Source of the DNA: Monocercomonoides exilis PA203
Lineage: Eukaryota > Protista > Preaxostyla
Assembly (NCBI GenBank): GCA_001643675.2
Contig: LSRY02000044.1
Location: 757,272 to 821,271 of the forward strand
DNA: 64,000 bases
Direction: 5' to 3'
Positions within the stretch are counted from its first letter, which is position 1, and every line of letters starts with the position of its first letter. The position numbers were made by a program, and so were the translations under genes. A model generated the notes under the pieces. The model did not search any database. It had not been told where the DNA came from and worked only from the letters and a program-made list of their open reading frames with translations. Below are positions 35,475-48,266 of the stretch, in pieces.

Positions 35475-37460
35475 TTAACCAATGTGAGGAGGACTCATAA
35501 AAATCTTTCCTTTCTTTGCTAATTCACATATATTGTTAAACTTCGTTGCAGAAGGATGATGAGCTTCTTCCAATGCTGCTGCGAATGATTCCTGATGCGA
35601 AATCAGACATTTGTAGAAACGTTTTCTATCGGTCTCTTCTCTAAGAAGACACGATTCCACCAGTGCAATAAAAGACACAATACACGGAGCAGTATTAGCT
35701 GATGGAGAGAGCTCAAAGCAGTGTTCAACAAAAACATGCAAGTCATTCTGATTAAATGAAGTGTGATTGCGAAATTCTGACATTGGCAAAGAAATCGAAC
35801 ATGTGTTGAAAAATCATTAAAATATCGTCAAAATTAAAATTTATACAAAATTAGCAAACTGAGAAAACGAGTGTGATACAATGCCCCAAGCAAGTCCATG
35901 AGACCTTTCATGCTTTCTTCAGCAACTGGATCGCGATACACATCAACCACACTTTTCCCGGCAGCTCTGATTTTCAGCTGTTTCAGCGGGATGACTTCGG
36001 GAAGGAGGGGAATTATGTCTTCTCTCACGCCCATTTCTGTCTCTCCCACAAATTCTGCACTTTTTGCGCTTTGCTCAAAAATAGCAGCTCTGTCAGCTTC
36101 ATCCTCCAAATCCATCGCACTCCCTCCTTTCTGCTCCAAAAGCTGCCTTTTCTTTCGTATTCTCTGCTCGCTGGCCATTTCATCAGCCACAGAATATTCT
36201 TGTTTCAGTCCCAGCTGCTGCAGTGTCATCTCGTTTACAATCAGACTTGCCGGACAAAAATGAGCAAGACATCCCAAAAACAGCTCTTGGAAGAGCTGCC
36301 ATTTTTGCAAAAGAGGGGAAATAAAATACGCAAAATTGAAGGCTGCTTCCGTTTTGTTGCAAATCTGTGTTTGCGATTGAACCTATTTACGAATTATTAG
36401 GATCAATTATCATTTCATTTCAGAATATATAATAATATAAAAGCATTAAAAAATCAATTGATAGACAAAACTAAATCAATGAAAAATATATATATATATA
36501 TATTTGTTTATTTGAAATTACTTTTATTCACCACAAATAATCATTCGTCGATATTGTAAAAAAGCATTTGCATACCACAATAACCAACAGCAGTTCAGTC
36601 ATCACTTCTTCAAGCAGTTCGTTTCCGTTTCCTTTCCATTCTATTTCCTCCCACAGCTCCTCCACAGCCGCAGTCTTTTCGGCTATCTGATTCCAAGTGA
36701 AACTTAATTGGTTTGCAAACTTCATCATTTCTTTCTGATACATTCTCTCTCCCATTGGCTTCGAGAGCAACTGCTGCAGGCAACGCCTGAACAAACTTCG
36801 GAGGGATAATCGTTCTGTTATATCTTTTTGTAACTCCAATAATGAGCCAGGCAGTGAATTGTGAGAGACAAATACTTCATAGTTACTTTGATCCAGTAAT
36901 GAAGAAAAACCTGACGATGGAGAGAGATACAAATGAGTTATGGAAAATTGCTTCGAAGGCTGAAAAACGTTTCGTCTTGAGTCTTCACTTTTTTCAGAAG
37001 TCTGGAAAATATTTTGTTGAGTAATTGAAGGCATCATAAATTCATTTGACTGAGAAAGCGGTTGTGAACTTAGAGGATATGTAAAAGAAGTCAAAACATT
37101 TGAAGTCAGCTCACTTGATGCAAGCTCATTATCATTTTTTGGAAATTGTTCCACTTGATAATTTTCAGAAGGAACAGTTTGCATGGAAAATAACGGGGTA
37201 AAATCTTTCGCTTTGGGATTTAATGTACGTGGTTTATCAGTTTTGCTTGAGTTAGGTTGTTCATTTTCAATTTTCTGAGGAGATAACTGTATTTCTTTAT
37301 TATCAGGTGTTGGAAGCTGTTCCTTTTCATATTTGAATTCAAAATCTGGAATTGTTTGAGTCTCTTTGTCAAATTTTTCTTCGTTCGCTGATTTTTCATC
37401 TTGCTCAATTGATACAAATCTGCTAATGATAGGTTCAATATAATTATCATCATTCAACAT
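35475..37460 (-). CDS. PAM2-motif protein with helical C-terminal region (PAIP1-like layout), multi-exon
   Basis: RTLNPKAKDFTP matches the PAM2 consensus (LNPxAxEFxP). Three ORF blocks (36528-37460, 35834-36310, 35475-35789) are separated by AT-rich introns. The true start may lie further upstream. Confidence 0.6.
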
Positions 37461-38062
37461 TGTTCTTTGATATTTAGCTTTTGAAAAAATAAATATTCAT
37501 TAAAGTCATATATTATATATAATAAATCAAACAAGAATGCAAAAGAATGGTATCTTTCTAAATTAAATCAAAATTTAAGCAAAAAACAAATTATAATTTC
37601 ATACGGTTATTTGTTGATAAATTTCGCTCATTTGCTTTTTAGCAATAACTTTACTATTTTTAGATATCAAAAAACTCATTTCAACAAAATGTGCTTCCTT
37701 AATATATAAGTTAAGAAATAAATAACATTTGATCTATTCCATTTTTATTCATGATATGAATTGACTGATGAATAAAGAATTTTTAAATAATTTTGAATTT
37801 ATAGACTTGAAATCTTTCACCAACACAATATTTCGTTTATTTTGATTTCAACTATAATATTTTTTTCATTTTATTTTTCTAATTCTTTTTTTCAAAAAAT
37901 CAAAACATTGCTATAATCCACTTGTTCTTATATATAAATTATTCGCCAATGCTATAGGAAATATGTTCAAGAGTTTGATTTTTTTTTTATAATTTTGTTT
38001 TTAAAAATCTTGATGAGCCATTATTTGTTTGCTTTTATAAAAGAGGAAAGATTTTGATAAAC

Positions 38063-39952
38063 ATGAGAGGTCTGAATTGAAATAAAGATGATTTATATTT
38101 TAATAATGTTACTTTATGATGCTGATTTTGTTTTCTTTTTATTTAGCAACAAAAGCTTCATCAATGGCAATAAGAATTTTTGCAATTATTCTTGCAATTC
38201 TTTTCGTTTTCCTAACGGTTTTGGGAATTATTTTTGCTGCTATGTTTAAAGGAGCTTTTATGGTTGGAGCGGCTGTTATTATCTTTGGGTTGATTGGATT
38301 GGCAATATCAATTTTTGGTATTATTGGAGCATCATTCGGCCGTAATAGAAACCCAAAGCTCGCATTATGTCTTAGCATATTTTTCGCTGGAATAGCTACA
38401 TTATTTGTTGTTTTGTTAATCGTTGGATTGATGTGCATCTGCATGCAGCCAACTGTTCATTATGCCATTGCATTTTCAGCCAATGAGCTGAAAGTTATTT
38501 TCGGAAAACTCCCAAATAATTTTTCAGAAAACATTGCAGGATTTTTGAATAGCGTTGCACGATCGTTAAATGTGCTGGCAATCATTTGTTTCGTTATCTC
38601 AGGCGTTTTACTTTTTGCATGCATTATAACTGGAGTGCAACTTGGACTTCCTTTCTTTTTAAAGGTTTTCTTTATCTAATTTTTTATATGAACATCGTAT
38701 GATTTTCTGCAAAAATAGACATTGATATTTTTTGGCTGTATTATTTTAGTAATCATTAGCATTATTTTAATTGCTGTTGCTGCCTTTTTCTTCCGTCCAT
38801 CTCGCGCATCTGAAAATAAGGCTGTTTTGCCAAGTGGACTCTTCTCCCTTCTGATTGTCTTCGCAGTCATTTTGTTATTGTCTGCTATTTTGGGACTTGT
38901 ATCAACTCTTTTGAAGCACAAAAAGCGACTATTGCTGTGGATTTTGCTTGTTGCCAATTCAGTGATAGCATTGTCCTTCTTTGTGTTGTTTATTGTGTCA
39001 TTGTCTATCAAAGGAGCATTTTTCAATAAAGTTGAGGATACATGCAGAGCAAACAGCGCAGAATGCAAAAGTCTGCTGGGCTGGCTCCAGAAAAACGAGT
39101 GTATGGACAAGAAGACGGAAACAGAGAAACAAAAGTGCATCAACAGCATAACAGTCGAAAGAGTCATCATTTTGATGGAAGATGCACTGGGAGGCTGGCT
39201 TATGATTGCAGGCATTGTCAGCTTAATCATATTTTGTATTCTACTATTGATGGTTCTGGCAACCTTACTTCATTTGAAAAAGGTTTGTTTGATTTTCATA
39301 AAAAAAAAAGATAAGAAAAAGAGAAAGCTGCTCAACAATGCGTTTGAAGAACAGTGAAATGGTCATTTACACTCATCTGCTCATTAACTTCCTGATATTT
39401 ATTATACGTCAAAAAAGAAGTAGTTTTTTTATTGTTTTATTTCAATCTTTTTTTCTTTCTTAATGAAAATTTTATTTCGTTTTTTCATTGTCAATTTATC
39501 CTTTTTTGTGATTCTGTATTTCCAACTGTCTTTCTGTTGTTTTATTTCAGCCTGAGCTTTTTGCCACGCCTTCCAAGCCGATTCTTCCAGGCCACATTTC
39601 AACTCAGACCACAATTCCTGAAACGGAATACGAGGCCAAGGCGTCTGTGTACAAGATGCAGTCTTCTAAGGCAGACAAGAGACACCCGTCGATGTCGCTT
39701 AATTCGTCTTCTCAGCAGAACTCGACACAAACAAGAGAGCTTCTTCTGAACGAGGAAGTGACTGATATTTCTGATGATGTTGTTTCTGATTCTAATTCAT
39801 CGACTTCTCGGTCGCTTCTGCAAAACGAATCGAAAAGCAGCAACTCATCAACTTCATTTTCTTCCCCTCTTTTGAGCGATACTTCCGAAGTGTATACATC
39901 AGCATCTCTTTCTTCTTCAAGTGCAAGAGAAGAAGGAGAGGCAACAATTTGA
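38063..39952 (+). CDS. Multi-pass membrane protein with two tandem tetraspanin-like 4-TM modules and a Ser-rich tail
   Basis: About 8 hydrophobic helices across exons near 38147-38664 and 38719-39281. The second module has a Cys-containing large loop (C..C..C..C) before its last TM. The last exon PELFATPSKP... ends at TGA 39952. Confidence 0.7.
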
Positions 39953-40140
39953 AAGATTCTTTTGTGTTTTTTGTGATTTGAGTATTTTTTTTTCAGTTGT
40001 CAAGCTTTCTAAGATGTATTATTATTTGTGTACTCTTTTTTCAAATCATTTGAAAGGGTTGATTATAGTTTTGGAATTTGTATCATGGAGAAAATAAAAC
40101 CATAATAATATCATTTCATATTTACCGTTCAGGGCAATTT

Positions 40141-41470
40141 ATGAGTAGAGGGGCATCTGAATTGGTTTTATCGGGGAAAAAATTAGTACAAATTCCTCCT
40201 GGATTACCAGCAGACTTACAAATTCTTTGGCTGAATGATAATGATGTTTGATGAAAAATAAATTAAATTAATTGAATCATGTTTTTTCTTCGCCTGAAAG
40301 ATAACTCAAATATCGAATGTTAATCACCTTTATAGATTGAAGCAACTTTATTTAAGCGGCAATCAAATTTCGGATTTGGAAGACTCTTTGCGTTATTTTA
40401 GAAACCTTGAAGGTTTTCGACAATTTTTTTTTTATTCTTATTGACATACATAATATTTTGTATATCACCGTTAGTGCTATCTCTTTCTAACAATAAATTG
40501 AGAGATTTGGACAAGACAGTGAAATCACTTTCATATCTCAAAAATTTAAAACAAATAGGTGTGATGATAAAAAAGCATTTAAAATTATTTTTTTTATAAA
40601 ACTCTTGGAACATATAAGATTTGAGCGGGAACAGAATAGCAGATGACGAGCAATATCGGTCGGCCATTATATCAGCTTTGCCAACGATTGAACTTTTTGA
40701 CAATCATGGTTTAAAATTGTGAGAATTGTTTTTCTGATGAAAGCTAAATAAATTTTTTTTTAAACGATATTTTTAGTTGTGACAAAAGAAGAGAAAACAG
40801 CTTATTTAAGTTCTGCTTTAGGCAAAAAGAAACAAGCAAAAATACCTTTGGCGTTTGGGAAGTGCTTGCCTCGAGATCAAATCAATCAGACTCAGCTGTC
40901 CAGATCGCAAAGTCAGCCAAAAGAGAGAGAAAGAGCCACATCAACTGTTTCTCCTGGGATTGCACGGTCTGGTTCAGCATCGTCCGGAGGGAAAAGAAAA
41001 GGTAGCCAATTGTTGACTGCTGAATCTGTTTGCACACGAGACTTGTCCAAATATGTTGCGAAAGTGAGGTCTCAGAGAGCTGCTGCAGAAAAAGCTGAGC
41101 TCGAGGCAAAAGTGTGTTGTTGTTTATTTGCAAGCATTTAATATTTTTATTTTATTCCTCTATGATGATGCATCATGCCAATCAACCTCAGTTTCTGAAA
41201 GAAAGAGAATTAAGCCGGCCAAAAGAATTGCCCCGTTCTGTTCCAGTTCCAACATTTATGCAGCCTTCTTCCACTTCGTCCACTTCACCTTTGTCTTCTT
41301 CTCTTCCTTCTTATGGCTTTGACAGTGAGGACATTGTCTTTGAACGAAAGAAAGATACAATTAAAGAAAAGCAAAGAAAGGATATATTTATTTCAAGATC
41401 AATTTCCGAAACATCTTCTCAAAAAAGAGAAAAACACAAAGAACTTACAATCCACCAAACAAAGTTGTGA
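40141..41470 (+). CDS. LRR + LRRcap protein (LRRC72/SDS22-like), multi-exon
   Basis: Manually joined exons give LQILWLNDND / LKQLYLSGNQI / LSLSNNKL / DLSGNRIADDEQYRSAIISALPTIELFD (LRRcap) / VTKEEK. Confidence 0.75.
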
Positions 41471-41713
41471 TTTGTTCAGTTTGTGTCCTGTTTGATATTT
41501 TGCAATGTTTCTGCTTTGCTCTGAATTTGAAAATTTTCTTCTAACTGTTCAATTTTGGTTAATTTTTGATTTTTCATGTCATTTTTGAATCATATCACTT
41601 CATACACTAATATTTTTGTTATGACACTTATTGATTATACTAGCCATTGAAGAAACAAGGAAAGAAATACTCTTTCAGAATAAATGGAAAATTTCTTGTC
41701 CCATATTATTATT

Positions 41714-43695
41714 ATGTCGTTATCTCAGTCATTGTTGCTTACGATATTCAGGTGCAGAGATTTGCCAAATCATCGACATTCACCTCCAAAAGCTTATTGC
41801 ACAGTACGTGTTGATGGCTTAGCACCTCAAACAACCACAGTCTCAGCAACAGCAACTTGCAATCCAATTTTTAATCATAGTATTGTCTTTTTTGAAAATG
41901 ATTATCATAATTTTGTAAACTTTTTTGAGATTTTCCATTTAATTTATCTGAGGCTCAGGCTCGCTTTTTAGAAATTGAAGTTTGGGATTTTGGGGATTCT
42001 TCTCCTGATTTTTTGGCATCGTGCAAAATAAATGTTTGCATTTGAAGAATTTCATTTAAAAATTTTTTAAAATTTACAAATAATTCAAATCAAAAATGAA
42101 AATACTTTGGACGATTTTAAAATTTTGATTTTTCAGATTGACACTTTTGCCAATTCCAAAACTTCCTCAACGTTTATTCTTTCAACAGATGACGGGGATC
42201 TTGGGGGAGAAATAGATGTAATGATAGATTATCGCATACCACTCACGGGACCTGCATCATCAGAATCAACTGATGTTACAGCTTTACAAAAAAAGGTTGG
42301 AGAGCTGGAAAATGAAGTTGAAAGGTATAAGCGTATGCTGGATGCTGTTGAAGTATCTCTTAACATGACAGATAACATACCATTTGCAACACTTCTCGCA
42401 ACAAGGGCAAACTTCATTAATGATAATCTTGTATCTGCATTGTTTAATATGTTTTATTATTCAAATCGTGTTATTGATGCAGCCGACGCTGAAAACGAAG
42501 CTAAGCACTTCATTGGTCCAGACCGAACTCCTGTTTTATCAAAAGCGTTTTTGACTTCTAAAGCAACTTGCGATTTTCCATTTACGTCGAAAATCCCGTT
42601 GACTGCAACGAGATCGCCGTTATCATTTACATCTTTGTCTTCTCCATTTTCTTCTTCTGATGAACAAGTTCCTTCATCATCATCATCTCCTTCTTCTTCT
42701 GCAACGCCTTCGAGTGCTTCTTTGCCTCCTGTCAGCTATGCAGCCACTCATTTTATGCCTATTCCAAGCCCACTTGCTGGCTTTCTTACCAAATTCAAAG
42801 GCGAAGACAAGCTTCTTTCTCTCATTGGAGGCACATCTCAATCACGGCGTTTGGATGTTGTCACCAGCTGGGCCATCTGCTTTGCCTACAGAGCACGTTT
42901 CATTCCAGCCAAGCTGCATCCAGCTGTGAAAGTGATTGTTGAGGCTATTAAGAGCAGATTCGAAGACATGGAGAACAACTTTCTTTCGCTTTATTATTTG
43001 GCATTGTCTCCAGGTTTGCTTTGTGCAGTCGCACAGAATGATAAATGCGTTTTTGTTTCATCATATTTTTCAATTTAATTTTTTGATTATTCAAAATTGT
43101 GATTAAATTTATGCTTTTTGATTTTTATGCTTTTTGCATTATTTTCTTGAATGTGCAGAGAATCACGCGCTGCTTATGTCTTTGCATGTCCTCGACTTAT
43201 GCGGCTCTGTTTTCAAGTTTGACCATATTTATTGTTACATTTTCAGTGTAATTATATAACCTCAATTTTTTCATTGATATTTTGAATATTGTATTTTTAT
43301 TCATTTTTCGCTACAAAATTGCTGAAAATTTTCCATAAACTCAAACCATCAATGCCATCAAAACTTCGACATTTCCTCATCAATGTTCTTTCCAATGCGA
43401 TTATCTGCTGCCTTCATCAAAATTACCATTTTAATTCACATATTTGTTTTTATTTGAAAAATTCAATGAAATTAATTAATACAATGCAACACAAACCACA
43501 TTTAGTGTTCGATCAAGCGACATGGACATCGACTGTGCGCTGTATCCTTTGATTGGCCTTGCTGCAGTTGGAACAGAAGAAACGAGGCTATCAATTAAGA
43601 GACTGTTCACAAAGTATAATTTTCTTTGCTCAAGTAAAAGGACTTTCACTGTTAACAGCGCCAGATTGTATCTTTTGTTGGACGGTCCTTATTAA
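41714..43695 (+). CDS. N-terminal C2-domain protein with coiled coil and helical C-terminus, multi-exon
   Basis: C2 motifs LTIFRCRDLP...PKAYCTVRV...QTTTV...CNPIFN and FRIEVWDF...DFLASCKI...GEIDV. Last exon ends LLLDGPY then TAA at 43695. Confidence 0.75.
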
Positions 43696-44293
43696 CTTTT
43701 AAGGATGAAATTTTTATTATTTTTTATAAAATTCTTCTCTCTCATTCTCTCTCATTATTTTTTAAGCGATGCTTTGAATAAATCATTAACCTGTTGTTGT
43801 TTTGCATCTCATTTAAAATATGTTTGTGAACCTTTGAAATATTTTATCTTATTGATTTTAAAATTATTTTGCATTGATCTACTCTAATTTAATAACTTGT
43901 TCGTGAATGATTCACTTTTTTCTTTCATTAATATTTTTTTTGTTTTTACTAATTTAAAAATTTCTTGTTATTTCAAAATAAACTTTGAGAAAATCCGATT
44001 ATATTTGTTTGCTTTTTTATTAACTCATGACTTGTATTTTGAAATATTTAATGCGATAATCATTAAACAATTTTTTACAAATACAAAAGAATATTTCATG
44101 ATCTGATCTGTAATTTTATTTATTGATTATTGATTTCTTTATTTTGATATCATATGCCAACATCAATATTTATTACTGATGGATTTGGATTGATATTAAA
44201 AAATATAATTTTTAAGTTTTGCTGGGGAATATTGCTTTTAGTTGTTATCTGTTTTATTTTTCAACTTGTATGAATTTTTTCTATAAGTTTTTC

Positions 44294-45587
44294 ATGTCGA
44301 TATTAATTTCTTCAAATAAAAAAAATTTGACCATTAGTTTCAACTTCCATCGGATTTAAAGGCTATTTTTGATTATGACCCGGCAACATCTTCATACATT
44401 GAAGCTTTATTTTGCATGTATATTTCGGCTTTTATCCAACAAGATAATGTGATTTCTATTTTTTAATTATTTCTCTTTACACAAGGCCTGGGCTGCATGC
44501 GATTATGATTTATCGTGTTGCGCATATGCTTCATAAATGCCATATTCCATATTTACCAAGAATAATATCCACAATTGGAAGATTTCTGACAGACGTTGAC
44601 ATTCATCCAGGAGCAAAATTAGGTATCAAAAGTTAGATGTTATTTAGATTCCAGAAGTTTTTTTGCATAATTTTTTACTCCATAAATAAAGGAAGGGGTA
44701 TTATAATCGATCATGGATGCAGTGTAGTTATTGGAGAGACGGTCGAAGTGGGAAATAATTGCATCATATACCAAAATGTGACACTTGGAGGTTTAAACAC
44801 ATTTATTCAAATGGAATTCAATATTTTTTGTGAAAAACAATAAATACTATTTATTTCAAAATTTCTAGGTACTGGAAAAGGAACAAAGGGGCAAAAGAGA
44901 CATCCGACACTCGGATCGCACGTTGTTGTGGGGAATGGGGCAAAAATACTTGGCCCAATCAAAGTCGGCGATCGAGTCAGAATTGGGGCTGGATCTGTTG
45001 TGCTGAAAGATGTGGACGATGACTGCACTGTTGTTGGGGTGCCTGGGAGAGTTGTGAGGAAGAAGACAGTCGAAGTTGACAGAAACGAGTTGGAGCACGG
45101 AGAAGTTCCGGTATGCTATCTGAAGCATTACAAGCTTTTCTGATCATCAATTTTGTTTACATTTTTTATTTGAATTTTTGTATTTTCTTCATGTGCTGAA
45201 ATCATCAAATGCAACAAATGATATATTTGAAATAATTCTTTCACAACTTTTGTATTCAATATGCATTTTGTGTTATTTTTGTCTTGTTTCATTAGGATGT
45301 GGAAGCGTATGTTATGAAGGATCTGTTCAAATGGCGGCTGAAGATGACTGAAGAGTTTGAAGGGCTGAAGAAGAGTGTGCAGCTTGTTGGGCAGTGGATG
45401 GGCATGTTGGAAGAGAAGAGACTGACAAACAGCCAGCACAATTCAGACACAGCAGAAGCAGAATCTGCTGAAAGCAGCAGGCAGACTGACGAAAGGGGAA
45501 GAAAAGAGAAAGAGGCAGGCAATGGAATGGCTGCTATCCCACACGGAATATCTTCAATCTCTTCTTCTCTTACTTATTCTACTGGTA

Positions 45588-45618
<31 letters not shown>

Positions 45619-47689
45619 TTCTTCTTCTTTATCTTCATTACTTCCATTGTTGAATGCTCCTTCAATTCAAAATTCTTCAGATGTTTATGCCATAGCACCT
45701 CTCTCATCATCTTCATCATCATCATCATTGCTAACATCTTCAATCCCATCCACTTCATCATCATCATCATCTTCTTCTTCTTTTATTCCTCCAACAAACA
45801 GAAAACGAGCCAATGAAGAGAAAAGCAGCATATCTTCACTCAATTCATCTTCTGAAAGTACACTCACACCCTCAAAAACACCACATCAACTTTCTTCTTC
45901 TCTTACATCACCTTCACTTCCCTCTTCTTCATCAGCATCTCCTTCTTCTGCTTCTTCTGCTTCTTCTGCTTCTTCTGCTTCTTCTGCTTTGTCCTCTCGT
46001 TCGCATTCACCATCTTCTGCTTTTCTTCAGCAAACACAAGACAATTCACATACAATTTCATCTTCTCCTCTATCTTTATCATCATCATCATCATCATCAT
46101 CTTCTTCTTCTTCTTCTTCCTCATCTATTTCTTCATCACAGCCATTTCCTCGTGTTCTTCCTCCTTCTGTATATCCTCCTTCTTCGTATTCTCATTCTTC
46201 CCAATTTTCTGATCAGACATATCCTTTCCCAGCTTCATATGCGTCTTATCTGCCTCCTCTTCCTCCGCATCCATCGCAATATCCAATCACATCTCATCCT
46301 CCTCTTCCACTTTCACTTCCTCTTCCTTTTCCTCCCTTCAATCCAAATGCCTTTCCTTATCCTCCTTCTTCTTCTCCTTATCCTCTTAATCCTCCTTTCT
46401 ATTCCTATCCTCCTCTCCCTCCATTCGATCCTCTTCAACCTTCCGTCCTTCCATCATCTTCTCTTCCTTCTCAGCCATCTCGTCCGCCTTCTTCTTTGAG
46501 GAGCGAGCGAAGAAGAAGGCGTCTGGAAAGAGAAAAGATGGAGAAAGAGACAGAAAGGCTGTTTGGAGTGAGGAGGAGGAGAGGAAAAGAGAGAGAGCTG
46601 ATGAAGAATGCAGCTGGATGGACAGACGATGAGATGGTGATGGCAGCGATTGAGTCAGCAACACAGGAGGAAGGCAGCTCTGAGGAAGATGAGGAGTTTG
46701 AGGAAGAGAATGAAGCAGAGAATGAGGAAGGAGACGAAGAGAGAGATGAAGAAGGAGGAGAAAAGGAAAGAGAAAACAGGAATTGGGAGACGAAGATGAT
46801 GCTGAAAAGAAAGAAAGAAATGCGAAAGAGGGAAAGAGAGGAAGAAGAGGCAGCGATTGTGTCTGATGCCATTGAAGACTTTATGACAGAAGGCGAAGAC
46901 GATTACGTTGCAATGAAGAATGAAGGAAGAGTGTTAGGAAGATCTTTGAGAGAGCAGAAAGGGGTATTCGTGGACGAGAGCAAAGCAAATGAAAACAGAA
47001 ACAAAAGATTGAGAGAAATGCGTGTGAGGCAACTTTATGAAAGCTCTGTGGAAAAAGAGATGTTAATTGCACAGCTTCAGAGGAAGCTGGAATTACTTGC
47101 ATCAAATGCATCTTCATCTTCATCTTCCTCTTCCTCTTCATCTTCAACAACAACAACAACAACAACAACATCATCATCATCATCTTCTTCTTCCTCTTCT
47201 TTATCTTCTGAACATCGTCTTCCACTTCCTCCATCTGCCTTTTCGTGCTGCCATTCACCGCATGTGAAGTATTCACACTGTTTGTGCATCAAACCGACGA
47301 CGGTGCAGAAGCCGATGCTTGTCGACGCTAACAACCAAATCACCTGCAGCTGCTGCTGCGACGAAGAGAACGAGCTGCAAGAGGAAGGCAAAGAGGAAGG
47401 CAAAGAGGAAGGCAAAGAGGAAGGCAAAGAGGAAGGCAAAGAGGAAGGAAAAGAGAATGTTGCTATTAATTCAGAGAACAAACACTGTGATAATGAAAAA
47501 CTCAGCAGAGACGACATAGCTTCGTGTCTGTTTGCTCTTGAGGATTCTGCTCTGCTTCAGCAGAACACACTTCAAACTTCTCTTCCGCCTTCTTTTTCGA
47601 GTTCTTTGCCTGAATACCAAAGTCGTTGCCAATTGAGAAAACTCAAAGGGGAATGTGTGCAAAGTGAGGGAAAAAAGAAAGAAGAGTGA
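44294..47689 (+). CDS. cysE: Serine O-acetyltransferase (bacterial CysE type) with spliceosomal introns and a long low-complexity C-terminal extension
   Basis: Exons encode [102 protein letters not shown] and [10 protein letters not shown]...LEHGEVP. The last exon (from about 45296) contains the 796-aa ORF 45299-47689. Confidence 0.92.
47381..47451 (+). repeat. 12-bp coding tandem repeat (GAGGAAGGCAAA) x ~6, encoding EEGK
   Basis: Seen directly in the last exon of cysE. Confidence 0.9.
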
Positions 47690-48266
47690 TGTTATATTTT
47701 TTATCCTTTTATTTGTGAAAGTTATCTTATTTCCTAAAGTCATCATATTTGCAATTAATATTGCAGTTTTGAAATAGATTTATTTCACCAATCATGCTCG
47801 ACTTTTATTGACTGCATCACAGTTGTTATTTATTTTTATTTATACACTAAAGCTCAATTCTTATCACAATCCATTTTACACGTTTTTTTTGTGATTATAA
47901 CCGAACTTGATTTTTGCAGGAACTTCTTTTCCATATAAAATTTTTACAAAATTTATTTTTTACCGAAAAAAAAAAAAAAAAGAAAGAAAGAAAACAACAA
48001 CAACAACAACAACGACAATAATAATAATAATAATAATAATAAGAAATTGAAGAAGAATTAGAATTAAAAGAAGAAGAAGAAGATGAGGATGAGGATGAAG
48101 ATTGCTGAGTCGATATGAAAGGTGATTTAAAAGTGAATGGTGAAGTTACAGCGGAAGAAGAAGATGGAGACTGTTGTAATGAAACAAAAGGAGATTGGAA
48201 AGAGAATGGAGAAGATGACGCTGAAGATGACGAAGTCACGTTAACTGAATCTTCAGTCTTCTTTTT

